Under the pieces are notes generated by a model. That model saw only the letters and a program-made list of their open reading frames with translations, did not search any database and was not told the origin of the DNA. Positions 23,834-36,850 of a stretch of DNA of 64,000 nt are shown here, in pieces. Numbering within the stretch: position 1 is the first letter of the stretch; every line of letters starts with the position of its first letter. This DNA is from Camelus dromedarius (Eukaryota): assembly GCF_036321535.1 (NCBI RefSeq), contig NC_087447.1, positions 12,648,001 to 12,712,000 of the forward strand, in the 5' to 3' direction. The position numbers were made by a program, and so were the translations under genes.

Positions 23834-25894
23834 TCTTGATAATGGCTGTGAGATTGTGTGATATTAAAGCTTCTTTCAGTGTGAACAATTGGTCTGTTCA
23901 GAAATTACTATTTTGAAAATAGCAATTCTATTGTATTTAATCCCTTTCAATGTTTCTGGTGTTTAAGAGACACAGCATGTTTTATAGATTCCACTCACTG
24001 CTGTATTTCAACTCCAAGTTTGCCAGGGATCAGCCTGTGTCCATCTCACGGCTAAAGTGTCTTCTTTCTGACTGAAAAGTGGGTCAAAGTAACAGATGTT
24101 TCATTTTGAAAGCACAGTTTTCACTTAAAAAATTAAATTGATAATCATGCGGAATATTTTATACATTTGTGATTTAGATATGGTACTTAAATACTTTAAA
24201 ATAATTTTTGTATTTGAAAGAAACAAAATACTGAGGATGTCCGTCTGTCATTAACATTGACATGTACTGATATAATATATTAATATAATCTGGTTCTCTC
24301 TTGCACCTCATTTAGGCAAGTATAAGCATGAGGCAACAACCTTACAACTTGAACTTCCATAAAGTTTCTGGGTCCTCTAATAAAAATAAATAAATGAATA
24401 ATAAATAATCTGCTCTTTTGGTGTAGAAAATACGTAACTACTGAAATGTCAATCACACATTTAAATGATGCATTTAAGTAATCGCAAATTGATCTGCAAA
24501 GATGTAAATACAATATGAAATAGGTGCAGTGTGAGGACAAACATTCTTCTTTGGACATTTTTGAGATTTTATTTTCCTTAAGGGAAACCAGTGATGCATA
24601 TGAACTCATTTCCACGTACAAGCACATACATCATGGTCAAAACTTTAAAGCTATTTGCATATAAATAAATTGCTTATTCAGATTAAATTATAATAATATT
24701 ACTTTGCTTAGAGTTGCAAAACTTAAACCCCTACAAGAATTTAAGATTTTATTTACTTACTGTTACTTTTTAGGTGAGTTAAAAGTAATTTCTTTTGGCA
24801 GTGATACCATTAATTCACTATTTATTGGAAAACTCGACATACCAAATTAGTTGCTGATTACTAACAAATTTTAAAATATGGTTTTAAAGCATTTTAATAC
24901 CTGTGAGCAAATGGCCTTGGATGATCTTTGTTACATCTTTTTCTTCAAAAGTGAACTACTTTCTCTGCTTACTTTTCAGAGTGTTGGTTTAGTGTTACAT
25001 GAAGAATGATGACAGCAAGGTAAATGGTTAAATCATGTTCCTGGTATGAGTTTCCAAATTTCAAATAAATTTACGAGTGACCTTGATCTAATCATTTCTT
25101 GTTATTCATCCAGTTAAGTTTTAGGTTCTAGTGTCTGACTCCGAGATCTCTTCTGGCTCATAATTTCCATAAGTTTGGACTCTTGAGCAGAACGTAAAGC
25201 AATTTTGCCATTTGCTGAAAATTCAGAATAGTTTTGTAAAATACTTATAAAAATACACCTTAATGTTACATTCATTTCTACATCTATCAACATCGTTACA
25301 TTTCAGCGTTTCCAACGTAAAGTGTATTTATCTTTCTCTGTCACTCTCTCTATTTTGCTCTCTCCAACACACACACAGACACACACACACACACACATTC
25401 TTCTTTTTAAACCTACATTTACTTGAGAGAGTGCACGTTACATTGTAATAACATGGTGCCAAAGAGTTCACCGGACGCACTGTCTTCATAATGAGTGAGA
25501 AGGAACTTAGAGTTGTGGGTACTCGGGGATAAAGAATGCAGAGGAAAACGTTGCCTGAGCACGATTCTGTCTATTATTTTGCAGATGGAATTGGGGCAGT
25601 ATATAGCTTAGAGTTTATGAACGATCCACATGGGCATTCTGTTTCTTTAACCTGTTAGCTACCTAAACTTGGTAGGAAAACTTAACCTCAGAGTTATTTT
25701 ACATATGCATATTTTTATCCTTCAACATAGCGATGATATTGACCACAGTCCTACAGAAGTGGCGACATCATACTTGTGAACTGTTTATAAGAGAAAATGC
25801 AAAAAGAATTTCAAGACTTTGAGAGCTTCATACGAGACAGACATTGTCCTGAGAGTTAGCCCTAGGTTATCTGAGATCCCTACCCCAGCCTGTG

Positions 25895-26030
25895 GGACAG
25901 TAGTCTCACATTCTGCAGATGAGAATTGAAGCTGAGAATCATTACTCACCCAAGGACACATAATTAAAGTGCAGAGTTAAGAAGGTTTGATTCCTGATCC
26001 TCTGACATCAAATTCAGTGCTCTACTGACT
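25895..26030 (-). mobile_element. MIR core
   Basis: cacattctgcagatgagaattgaagctgaga...cacccaaggacaca. Confidence 0.65.
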
Positions 26031-26394
26031 CCCAGAAGAGCCTCAATTAAGTGAGACAAGTTGTTCTACTATAATCAACCAATGACCTCTACTTTTACTC
26101 ATTCTCCCCAGATGTTTCCAAATGGTCTCTGAGGCACCTGCCATGTGTCTAACATCCATGAGAGGCGTAGGGCATGTATTGCTGTGATGGTCTCTCCTGA
26201 GAGATGATGCTTATTAGAAGTGTAGCACAACAGACATAAAACGACTGACCAAAATTTTATAATGCAAACCAAGAATGTTTTTCCGAGGTGCATAATTGCC
26301 AAGTGTGAATGGAAGGGAGCAGAACCCGTGTGAAGGAGGGAGAGATTAAACCATGATACTAAGAATTTTGATTTCTTAATTTTAGAACCGTAAG

Positions 26395-26583
26395 AATTAG
26401 TCTCCTGATTAGCACTCCTTAACTTCTCTTACCCCTGAGACGTTTCTAGAATTTTAAGTATCGTTTCTTTCATAATTACCTGGGTAGTTCCTTGGGGAGA
26501 GGCTCTCAATCCTCTCAGTGTTTAAGGTTTTATTATAAATAGTGAGTCATTATCATTTGCTTTTCTCACTGCTGAAGGTAGGT
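26395..26583 (+). promoter_or_regulatory. Predicted OR promoter / first exon (OR5M9-like gene)
   Basis: Homeodomain sites (aattag 26395, taatta 26473), O/E-like sites (acccctgaga 26431, tccttgggga 26489), TATAAATA 26534 and donor ag|gtaggt 26578. Motif prediction only. Confidence 0.45.
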
Positions 26584-27384
26584 CTGCAAATTTTACACTC
26601 TTTACAATACAGATTAATGCAGTCACATCTTTTAATTTTTATTCTTGTTTTGCAGAGTAGACTAAGACCTCATTTGTAGACTTATTGGTTATCACAGTGT
26701 TTTATTGTGTGGAAAAATATTACAGGGAAATAGTCTTATTTGTATCCACAGTTTATTTAAAACTTCATATGAATGATCTGGCTACAATGGGGGTTTACAA
26801 AAAATTTATCCTTCATTATTTATCCTTTTACCTCTTCTCTACAATGACCATTGATTTTCACATTGTGTTTTAAAATAAATGTAGATGGAGTTGAAAATTT
26901 TGTGTCAGTGGAAATGATTGAAGCAGTAATTATACCATCACTGTTTCTTTTCATTAGAAATTCCTAAAACATTACTAAAATTCATTTTTAAAACTCATAT
27001 GTTACACATTCTATATTTTTAATTGTTTAATAGATGATGCACACTTATATAATAAATTGGCTCCATCCCAGAAGTCACTTGGCCATCTGGTCCTAGGACC
27101 TCGGGATCGCCTCACCTTGAGTGGTAGCGTGAAGCAGTGGTCCATTTGCTCTGTAGTTCAGCCTGCTCTAGGGTCATGCAAAGCTCTTCTGGTTCATCAA
27201 GAATGAACTATTCAAAGGATAACATTCTTCTTTTTTGGAAGATCCTCGAACTGAAATTTTAAATGTAAAGAAATAGAATACTGGGATAGGTTATCAAAGA
27301 GGCAGAAATATAAGGTTATTAAAGATGCAACACGGAAGTTGAATTAATTGGTTTGCATCTCAGGCTGACCAGTTAGCAGATGTC

Positions 27385-27520
27385 CGATCCAGGGAGACCT
27401 TCTTAGCCTTTCAGTGCTTCAGTTTCCACATTTTTAGATTGACTATGCGAATAGAACCTGGTCCATCGGAACTTTACGTGCAAAGGATTTAGTAAGCATT
27501 CAACAAAAATTAGCTATTCT
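27385..27520 (+). mobile_element. MIR
   Basis: cttagcctttcagtgcttcagtttccacattttta...gtaagcattcaacaaaaattagctatt. Confidence 0.6.
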
Positions 27521-28289
27521 TACTCATATTTTAAAGCTGAGACAGCTGCTAAAACTGTCTTTCCTAGAGGCTTTAATAATATTGGAATACTGTAATGCAT
27601 TACATAAAGCTGATCTAGAGATCAGGACACTTAAAAAAATCTGAAGTGTGAATATCGCTGCGAATCAGTTACATTTAACAACTAAGCCAGGCAGTTTAAA
27701 GAGTTCCAAGATGAATGAGACAAACGCTACTAGCACAGAGCTGGTGATTATGTGTAGAGGAAGAAAACTGCACACATCACGCAGGAAGCAAAACTGAAGC
27801 AGTTTTAGTCTATGTTTCTTAGATGCCTTGATGCTTTTGTTAAATATATTTTATGCTTAGTAGTACCATTAACCCAGTCAGACTCTGTCGGTCAGAGCAT
27901 TATGGGCTCATCGAGCAGGGTCAGGAGTTTTCACACAGGAAAGTCCCCGACCTTAGCTCTGCTTCCTGACCAGAGTCTGCATCTCTCATCTGGCTGAGTA
28001 TTTCCACACTTAAGAGAAGCCAGATGATCTACAATCATGGAAATCTACAGTAAGGGGGAAGCCAGATCAGAAAATGAAGCTTCAGTGTCTCCTATCTTAT
28101 GTGCCCAATTTACTTTATACATGGTGTACTTCATTCCCATGTGAATAATGAGAGATGGGAAAATAGTTCATAGAGACTAATGAACTTCCTTAATGTCCTC
28201 TGCTATGGATTGGAGGGGACCGTGATATAATCATGGAATTTACACACTGTTTAATGTCAAAGGAATGGCTCTAGAAACACTCTTTTTCT

Positions 28290-28620
28290 ACATGGCAAGC
28301 TAAGAGTCCCTTTTGCATTTTCATTCTCTTCTTTCCCATATTTCTACATGGCTGGTTTCTTCTCACTAAGTAAAGAGTCATATTTTCAAAGAGATCTTCT
28401 ATCACCCTGTCTGCATCCTGCCTCTCCTTGTTTCTGATCTCATTGGCAAACTGTGTGTTTGTCACTGCAGCTCCAGTCCCTGAAGTATCTCACTTGTATA
28501 TTTATCATTTACTTCTTTTCAGCAAGAATAAATTATGATGCAGGCCAGAATCCTGTATATCTTGTTTAACCTCCTATTTCCAGAATTTACAATACTTCTA
28601 GATATAACAAATATATCTGA
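28290..28620 (+). mobile_element. L2 3' region
   Basis: ttttcaaagagatcttctatcaccct...gcaggccagaatcctgtatatcttgtt. Confidence 0.55.
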
Positions 28621-29889
28621 CATATAACTAGCTTTGATGTTTATAAAATGAATTAATCTAAGCAATTACAAGCAAAGGCCCATTTATATGTCAGTAACAT
28701 CCCCTTCAAACACTATTAATATGGAGAGCTTAAATTCCCAAGATGATGATAATTATACAGATGCAGCCTTAAGAACTCACAGCAAATTTTTATTTCTTGG
28801 AGAAGTCAACAGGGGAAATGTATTAAAAGGAGAAAAGATTTCTTGGGAACATGTCCCTTGTGGTGACATTAAATTTGCATATAAATAGGCATAGAATTGA
28901 TTGTTCCTGAAAACCGGTTTAATCTGAAATGAGAGACAATAATTATTAAAACGTGTCACCTCAATTTTACCTCATGGTATTTGTCTAGGTAGTTATCTAT
29001 AGACATAATTCTGATATTGGGTGCTACGTGGTTTAAACACCTGTGGTTTACGTTTTTTTTTTTTAAGATAAAAGCTATTAGAGACTGTGCTTTTAAATAC
29101 CTCTCACCTTACCCTGCTAGTGGCAGTCATCAAGCAAGTATCATGTAAGGCTAAACAAACTAAAATGTGACTAGGAATTTCATTATGTCGAAAGCACGTG
29201 GTATCATGTACTTGCATAACGTAGGACTAACACGTCAATAACTAGGTTATAAGACCAGCGTATAAGACCACTGTCCCATAAAATTATATAAATAAGAGGT
29301 TACTGTCCAAAGCATGTGAAAATAGGTAAGTTAATATCACACGTGTATTTGTATTTTTATTGACATTGAGAGCCAACTATCATACTGGAAAATGGCATTC
29401 AGTGGAGTTTCAGAGGATTCAATGTACTTACTTCCCTGTGAGTACTAAGTGGCTAGCTGACCTTGCGTGAACATTTAACACTGATGAGTCTCAAGCTTTT
29501 TTCTAAAAAACAATATATTCGAATGGATTTAGTCATTCTCTGACAACTCTCAGTCTGGCTTTAGTCTTATCTGAGCCCTGGGATGTTAACATTATGGTAA
29601 TAATTTACCAAATATAAATATATATTTCTGGTAATATGTGAATGCAATTGTCTATTTTAGGACTAAGAAACTGATATAAATATTGATGGTCATTACCTAT
29701 AAGACCTACTAAAGGAAATAATTGTGCTTACATATTCTTTTATTGGACACTGTGTGAAACATACATTAATTTTTTCAATTATTTGAATTAGAATACAGAT
29801 ACACATGACACAAGACTTTCAAGAATAAAACAAATCCATTGTTTTTTTTTTCTCCCACAGATGATACAGACTGGGTCTCCATGAAGGCA

Positions 29890-30826
29890 ATGCCAAATTT
29901 CACAGAGTTGACAGAGTTTATTCTTCTGGGGTTGACCAGTCGTCAGGAGCTTCAAGTTCTCCTTTTTGGGGTGTTCCTAGTGGTTTACATGATCACTCTG
30001 TTAGGGAACATCGGTATGAGTATTTTGATCAGCATCAGTCCCCAGCTTCAGACCCCTATGAAGTGTCTTTTTCTTGAGTCACCTGTCTTTTGTGGATGTG
30101 TGGTTCTCTTCCAATGTCACTCCCAAAATGCTGGAAAACTTATTATCAGAGACAAAAACCATCTCTTACGTGGGGTGTCTGGTGCAGTGTTACTTTTTAA
30201 TCGCCCTTGTCCACGTGGAGGTCTGTATCTTGGCTGTGATGGCCTTTGATTGCTACATGGCCATCTGCAACCCTCTGCTTTATGGCAGTAAAATGTCCAG
30301 GACTGTCTGTATTCAGCTCATCTCTGTGCCTTATGTCTACGGATTCTCTATTAGCCTAATATGCACCCCGTGGACATATGGCTTGTACTTCTGTGGAAAT
30401 TTTGAAATTAACCACTTCTATTGTGCTGACCCTCCTCTCATCAAGATTGCCTGTGGGGGGATACACATCAAAGAATACACCATGATAGTTACTGCTGGGA
30501 TTAACTTCACATACTCCCTCTCAGTGGTCTTCATGTCCTATACCCTCATTGTAATAGCCGTGCTACGCATGCGCTCTGCTGACGGGAGGAGGAAGGCGTT
30601 CTCCACCTGCGGGTCCCACTTGATGGCTGTTACCATGTTTTATGGGACTCTCATATTCATGTATCTCAGGAGGCCCACTGAAGAGTCTGTGGAGCAGGGG
30701 AAAATGGTAGCTGTGTTTTAAACCACAGTGATTCCCATGCTGAATCCCATGATCTACAGTTCGAGAAACAAAGATGTGAAAGAGGCAGTCAACAAAGCAA
30801 TCATCAAAGCAAACTTGGGGCAGTGA
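29890..30826 (+). pseudogene. OR5M9: Olfactory receptor pseudogene, OR5M9 orthologue
   Basis: [16 protein letters not shown] from 29890. Net +4 insertion at ~30060-30073 in the PMYFF motif; DRY>DCY; TAC/TAT>TAA nonsense at 30719-30721; old stop TGA at 30824-30826. 937-4=933 nt gives 310 aa. Strong acceptor (t)n-ctcccacag ends at 29860. Confidence 0.92.
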
Positions 30827-31924
30827 AACTGCAATAGATATTTCTGAGTATGTTGCTACTTGTGATGTGTCCTGGCATGAAAGTTCCTAGCTCGATACAG
30901 ACTGTCTAAAGGCAACTCTTACATATACTAAGAGCTCCAGTCTAACCCAGTGATGCTTTTACCCCATGCATGACCTCTAAATACTAAGATTGTTATTCTG
31001 CATATGCAACTATATTATTCAAACTGACATATTACACATTCAAAGTGTATTCAAAATTGTGTTGTCATTGGACGACTCATAAATAAGTTGAGATAAATAC
31101 ATGGTGTTTTGGAGATATCTTTGTTAGAGTTGAACATGATTTCTATGATATTTTCTTTACTCAGATTTCATAAGAAATATATAATTTCATGAGGAAAAGA
31201 ATAGGAATTCATCTCTCTTCCCTGATTACAGAATGCTGATGGACCCTGATTTACCAAATAACTTTTTGATAATGTTCATACACACATGGACTTTTGATAA
31301 CAAAATTGCATTGAGAATCTTCAACTAGTGTTGTAACACAGTCCTAAGTTTTGTTCTCAGTATGTATAGCTTGATAATTATCAACACTTTTTGTGTGTCA
31401 AACAATCTGTTTACTTACCCTGATTCTACTCCTTAGCATGGATTCTGGTTAGTTTTCTTGGTTTTAAAGGGTGAAATATTTATGACATAAGACTTTCCTG
31501 TCTTCATCATAATAAAAAAAAATGAACCAATATGAGCTTTCTGATATTTAAAAATCTAACCTTTGGTCATAGCCTTCATCCTATTAAACCTTTGGTTGAT
31601 ATGACTTGAAACTATTGTTTGGTTCTAATTTCTTCTCATGAATGTTACATTCTTTGGTTCTGTTTTAGCAGCTTAAATCAAGCTTCCAGGGCTTAGAGCG
31701 GATCAACCAGATAAGAAGCCCTGTTCAACTAAAAGCCATTGCATTGGGTATGCATTAAAATATGGTCGATACAGCTCAAAATGATATCCATCAGGGCCCA
31801 GTTAAAAGTTCTCAAAATCTCACTGTTCCATTTATCTAGATTGGTACCCACTTAATCTACATTCATTCTTGCTACAAGAATACAGACTTTTCTGTATTAA
31901 TGACTCTCATCAGCATAAAGGTGA

Positions 31925-31972
31925 ATGGGAAGTAGAAGTAATTTCTGATGATTGAGTTTATTCTTGGGACTA
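31925..31972 (+). pseudogene. Probable ~50-bp 5' stub of a deleted OR gene
   Basis: atgggaagtagaagtaatttc...att gag ttt att c ttg gga cta aligns with the N-F-x...TEFILLGL start of neighbouring ORs (compare 29895-29935). Candidate acceptor cag at 31911-31913. Short and contains indels. Confidence 0.55.
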
Positions 31973-32579
31973 AAGAAGCCCTGTTTACTTACCCTGATTC
32001 TACGCAGGGCTAATTGAATTAAAAGGAGTGCACAATGGAAAATGTGCAGGAGGACTCTGAGAAGTAACATATGGTGGTGGTAACACCACTGGGAGGATGG
32101 ACTAATTCAAGCACAGAAAGTATGGCTGCTCAGGCTAACTTGCTAATTAACCGTAAGCCACGTTCCTTCTAATTGGATCAGAGAAAAGGTAGCTGGTGGG
32201 AGGAGGGCTGTTATTTTTCATAAATTTAGGTTCTGAGCAGGAAGAAAAAGTACCATTAATTGCTATTGGAAATTATATTAACAAAGTGGATTTCTTTTTT
32301 ATGTTGTCAAACCACCCAAATCTGGTTCTAAAGAGTTCATGTCAATGTAGTGTCAAAGTAGGACTACTCGAGACACTTTAGCTTTCACAGAGATTGGCAT
32401 TACAGCCTGACAGTCTAAGACCATATTTCTTCTGATCCCTATGGCAGAAATATTCCTCAAGGGCCACTATTTTATTTTTTTCTTTTAGAAGTAAAACACT
32501 AGCCCTCCAGCTGTTAGCCACAGTTGCCCTCATTTCTATTAGCCAGGTAGCTAACGTTGTTACAAATGTTTTGGCAATG

Positions 32580-32840
32580 AGCTGTCAGTAGAAAGATATG
32601 TCTAAAACCCAAGATCATTTCCTCAAGTCAAAGCCACTAGAGCTGGACTTGTTCCTTTCTCTTCCTTCTTGAAAATGTTGCCACTGAAATGGTTGCTGTA
32701 GACTGAGACAAGAAAGCCACATGTGGAGGGTCTAATTGCCTAACCCAAACCCCATAACTCACACTGTCCCCTGAGAGAGGAATCTAATCCTATCTCACTA
32801 AGTCACTGCATTTTGGGAGTTTGCTCCTTACAGAGCGTGG
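32580..32840 (+). mobile_element. Old MLT1-like LTR 3' part
   Basis: Ends with ctaagtcactgcattttgggagtttgctccttacagagc, resembling a MaLR LTR terminus. Confidence 0.4.
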
Positions 32841-34439
32841 CTGAAATTGTTCTTATAATTCTTTCCAGGAACATGGTCCTTAGCACCTGGCTTCTGCATC
32901 TGACCACTTCCCAGGGCAAATGTTGCCTTGAGGATGAATGTCTCCTCAGAAAATGTCTATTCTGACACTGAGTATACTGGGTAAAGAAGGGTACCTGGTT
33001 CTCTGTCTTACCAGAAGGAGGGAAAACTCAACCTCCAGTCTTAGATGTTAGGTTTATCCCCCTTTCCTAACTACTTGATGAGCCTTTGGACTTGTCATGA
33101 CCTCCAGCTGTCACATTTAGTTGGTTTCGAATCCCTTTGGCCCCAACTTATAGGTGGCTTCTCCTCACTAGTCTTTGCAGATACTTACAAGGCTCTGTCA
33201 CAGGCTCAGGGAATCTCAGCCACTTCCTCTGTGCTGTGTTTGTAGGTGTGGACCGGGTGAGTTTCCACCAGACGTTTTAGACAACACATCTTTAGTTCTT
33301 CTTACTTAGCATGAGTTGAATTGTGTCCTGATAAAATGAATATATTCCTTCACCAATTTGCTGCAACGTTGGGACTCTGGTTTTTCTATTAGGCTTTTTG
33401 TTTCAGTAAACCAGGCTCTACCTCGGGGAGGTAAGCTATCATTCTTGCTGCCCCGGGAGCTCTTCAAACCCCTCTGAGCTTTCTTTCTGAAACTGTGTGA
33501 TTTTGCAGCAACCTCACCTGAATCCACTGTGATACCCAGAGGAAGGGGCAGCAGATTCCTCTCCAAAGAGTCACTAACCTTTACATCTCACTCGCATCGC
33601 CAGGCTCAGGTTGGGCCCTTACTGCTTGTTTCCAGGAAAACGGCTCCTCTATCGTTAGGAGATCTTTTCTACTTTCCAGTTTTCTGTATAAACTCCATGA
33701 TGGTCTCTTCGCTGTTTAATACTAAGCTTTGGGGATTACAGAACAAGCAAAATAAACATAGCAACAACAAAGGTGTTTTCCTTATTTGAGTTTTTGCCCT
33801 TGACAGTCATGACTTCCAAGATTCATATTTTGGTTTGATGCCTCTGCCCCCCAAAGAAACTAATCTAGAGCCTGAAAGGCATAGTTGTAATTCTGCCTTT
33901 CTTCAGAATCTGTACCGTTTGCATCCACTTAGAACACCTCATTGTTGATTTAGTGATAGAGTTGGTGTTGGTTAGGGAGGATGTAAAAATAATTTTTAAG
34001 ATACATAATTTAATATGACAATATTGATGTCTTCACATAAATCTAAATTCTAAATTTAACCATGAACACTGTCCTAACATAACTTGGAATAGCAAACTAA
34101 AGTGGTTATCATGGGCTTCTGATTAACTTCTATAATTTCTCTTGCCAGTATTTCCCAAAATACAGCACAAGAGATAATTTCACATAGTACCCAGAGATTG
34201 TGTTATTTTAACTTTTTGAGTGTTTGGAATTCTTGTTACTTTATGATGATTTTGGCATGGATTTTTCTCCTTTGCAGTGGTTACAGAAAGTTTAGTTTTC
34301 AGATTTATTTAAATAAGCTTGTGAGTCAATTAAAATATATTAAGCAAATAATAAATGTGTTGGGCCAATGCATGAAAAATAACAAAACATAATATTAACT
34401 AAAAGTCAGAAAATGCAACCCTATGGCAAGTCACTACAA

Positions 34440-34610
34440 TCACACACACACAGAGACACACACACACTATCATATATATATAGATAGATAGGTAGATAGA
34501 TAGATAAACACATAGACAGATAGATAGATAGACAGACCTAGTTACTCTATACATAGTATATAGTACAATATGTGTATACTATATATACTGTAGTATATAT
34601 GTATATGCTT
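34440..34610 (+). repeat. Compound (CA)n/(GATA)n/(TA)n microsatellite
   Basis: Read directly from the sequence. Confidence 0.9.
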
Positions 34611-34812
34611 AACTCAGCAGCTTCTCGGGGTACTAGCTTTGTATCAGACACTACTTCCCGTGGGGTTTTTAAACCACCCCATCTTTAATTTTTTCAGAGC
34701 TCCATAGTTTCTGCAATTTCCAAGACTATTAAGTCATTCAAGCGGCACAAAATCTGGTAAGTCATTTGTGAAAGTCTCTGTTGTCGTGCTGTTTTTTATG
34801 TTAATTTTAGTC

Positions 34813-34816
<4 letters not shown>

Positions 34817-34848
<32 letters not shown>

Positions 34849-34882
34849 TATATGTATATATATATATGTGTATATATATATA
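34817..34882 (+). repeat. Interrupted (TA)n microsatellite
   Basis: Read directly from the sequence. Confidence 0.95.
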
Positions 34883-35383
34883 TCAAAGAGAATTGAAGGG
34901 AAATCAGGGAAATCTATCGGAGGGACACCAATGGGTTTCCCATGTTGTTCAATTAACTGTGACTCTAGGACAGAATCAGCTTTGAACGCCTGAGCTTTAT
35001 AAGCACCCCTCACTCAGAACTTAATATTGTTCAGGCAACTGTTTCCCATCACTGACAGGTGGTTTTGAGGAGCCTGGTTAATGAAAATCATAGATGCTAT
35101 TCAGCATCACCTAGCTGGAAGTGGTAATACTCAGGTTTCAACACAAAAGCACAATTCCAAGAATGAGTTTTTTTGTTTTTTTTTTTTTTTTTTCTAATTT
35201 ACTGAGATGCCATAGCTTGAACACAGGCAGATTTTGATTCCTGGTCATGCCTGGTTTAGAATCATGAGCCTTTCATGAGATGAAAGCAGGACTGACAGAG
35301 AAAATGAAAAAAGAAATCAGCTCATGGTAGTGGAGGGCTCACACGTGATCCTAGCACATACATCATTGGCATAGCTTCACCTC

Positions 35384-35468
35384 GTTCATTTGATAATGAA
35401 CTTCATTTGTTCATTGCTTGTTCACTTTGTTCATTGTTTATTGTTCACAACTGCATTATCAAATGAAC
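35384..35468. repeat. Foldback: perfect 15-bp inverted repeat around a ttgttca array
   Basis: gttcatttgataatg (35384-98) and cattatcaaatgaac (35454-68); the 55-nt spacer holds 4 exact and 1 variant ttgttca. Confidence 0.9.
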
Positions 35469-36850
35469 AAAATTATTTCCTGGTTTGCTAGATTCATTCT
35501 AACACCTATCACAGTACGTAGGTCATGGTGGCACAATATTATAATTCAGCAGGCTGACTTATTTCGAATCCATTCACTTTCTAGTTGTCTTATTCTTAGA
35601 GGAGGTCATTGAAAGGATGTTTCTGCTAAGTGACTCACAAGATAAACCCTGGCCATTTGGTGGCTCCTTACTCACTCCCTTCTCCTTTGAATGTATGTTC
35701 TGCCCACTGTTCCCAAAGTAAGAGGATGCAGATGTTGTTGAGACCATCTGGATGGTATGTGAAAATGAATCAAGTTAAAGCTTCTTTATACACGTTGAAG
35801 ATTCTGGCAGACAAATGTAGAGATCTACATCCAAGGCAAGCCTCATATGTAAGTTCTTTTCCTTATCAAACCTGCCACCAACGAATCTAAACTGGTCTGT
35901 TGCTAGCTGCCTCTTCTCCCAGAGTCTCCAACACTGTCAGGCAGGAAATATTTTGTTTGTTTGTTTGTTTTTTGCTCTCCAAGAATGACTCACAAAATCA
36001 TGCACATGGTAGACATGAACATTTGAATTTATGCTTGAAACAATAATCTATTACATTCCAGTTGAAGGTTTAAGCGGGTTTTGGATTATGTCTCTTTATA
36101 GTACCTGAACATAAACTATATTCTTGACATGTAATAGCCACCATATTTATCTCTTGGTTTTAAGCTACCCCTTCCTGTCCCCCAACCCACTGTAATTTCC
36201 TCATACCCCTAAATCCTTAAAAGACCTTTAGAAAGCACAGCTTTGCTTAGGGAACTTAGGGATAGCTCTGCATTTTTGTTTTGATAGAATAATAAAAGGG
36301 AATATGGTTTTCCAAAAGCTAATCCTGGTTCCCAGATCTACATGGTGAAAAATGACTTTCTTTCAAAGGATGTGCTAATCATGCAATTTCAGGGAGTGGA
36401 CAGTAGTGAATCCAGGGGTCAGAAGCAGAGAGAGGAATGATGGGTCACAGACAGGGAACATTGGAGGAGGAGGCTATCACATGGAATGACATAAAGATGG
36501 ATAAGAAACTTACTTCATCACCATCCTTGCCCCTTTCTCTGTCTTCCATGATATACAAAACAGGAACAATTTTTAAAAGACTGATTAAACCTTATTATCA
36601 GTTGAATAGAAGCTAGTCAGGTCAAAGTTATCAGTGTCACATACCCTAAGAGTAGCAATTTGTTAAAAATGTAAATTCTATTCATTTAAAAATTTCCTCT
36701 TACTATCAATTACATGAAAACTAGAACTCATGTACAAAATCATTTTACTCATATAAAGAACAGTAAAAATAAAATGTACTTCATCAAAAGATTAGAAAAA
36801 CAACATGTCTATCTGCAAGTGGCATTGTTCCAAGTCAGGCTTTGTTCAAG

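Noticed and set aside
11771-25479. accggacgca shared at 11771 and 25470
   Set aside because: Only 10 bp and the flanks do not align.
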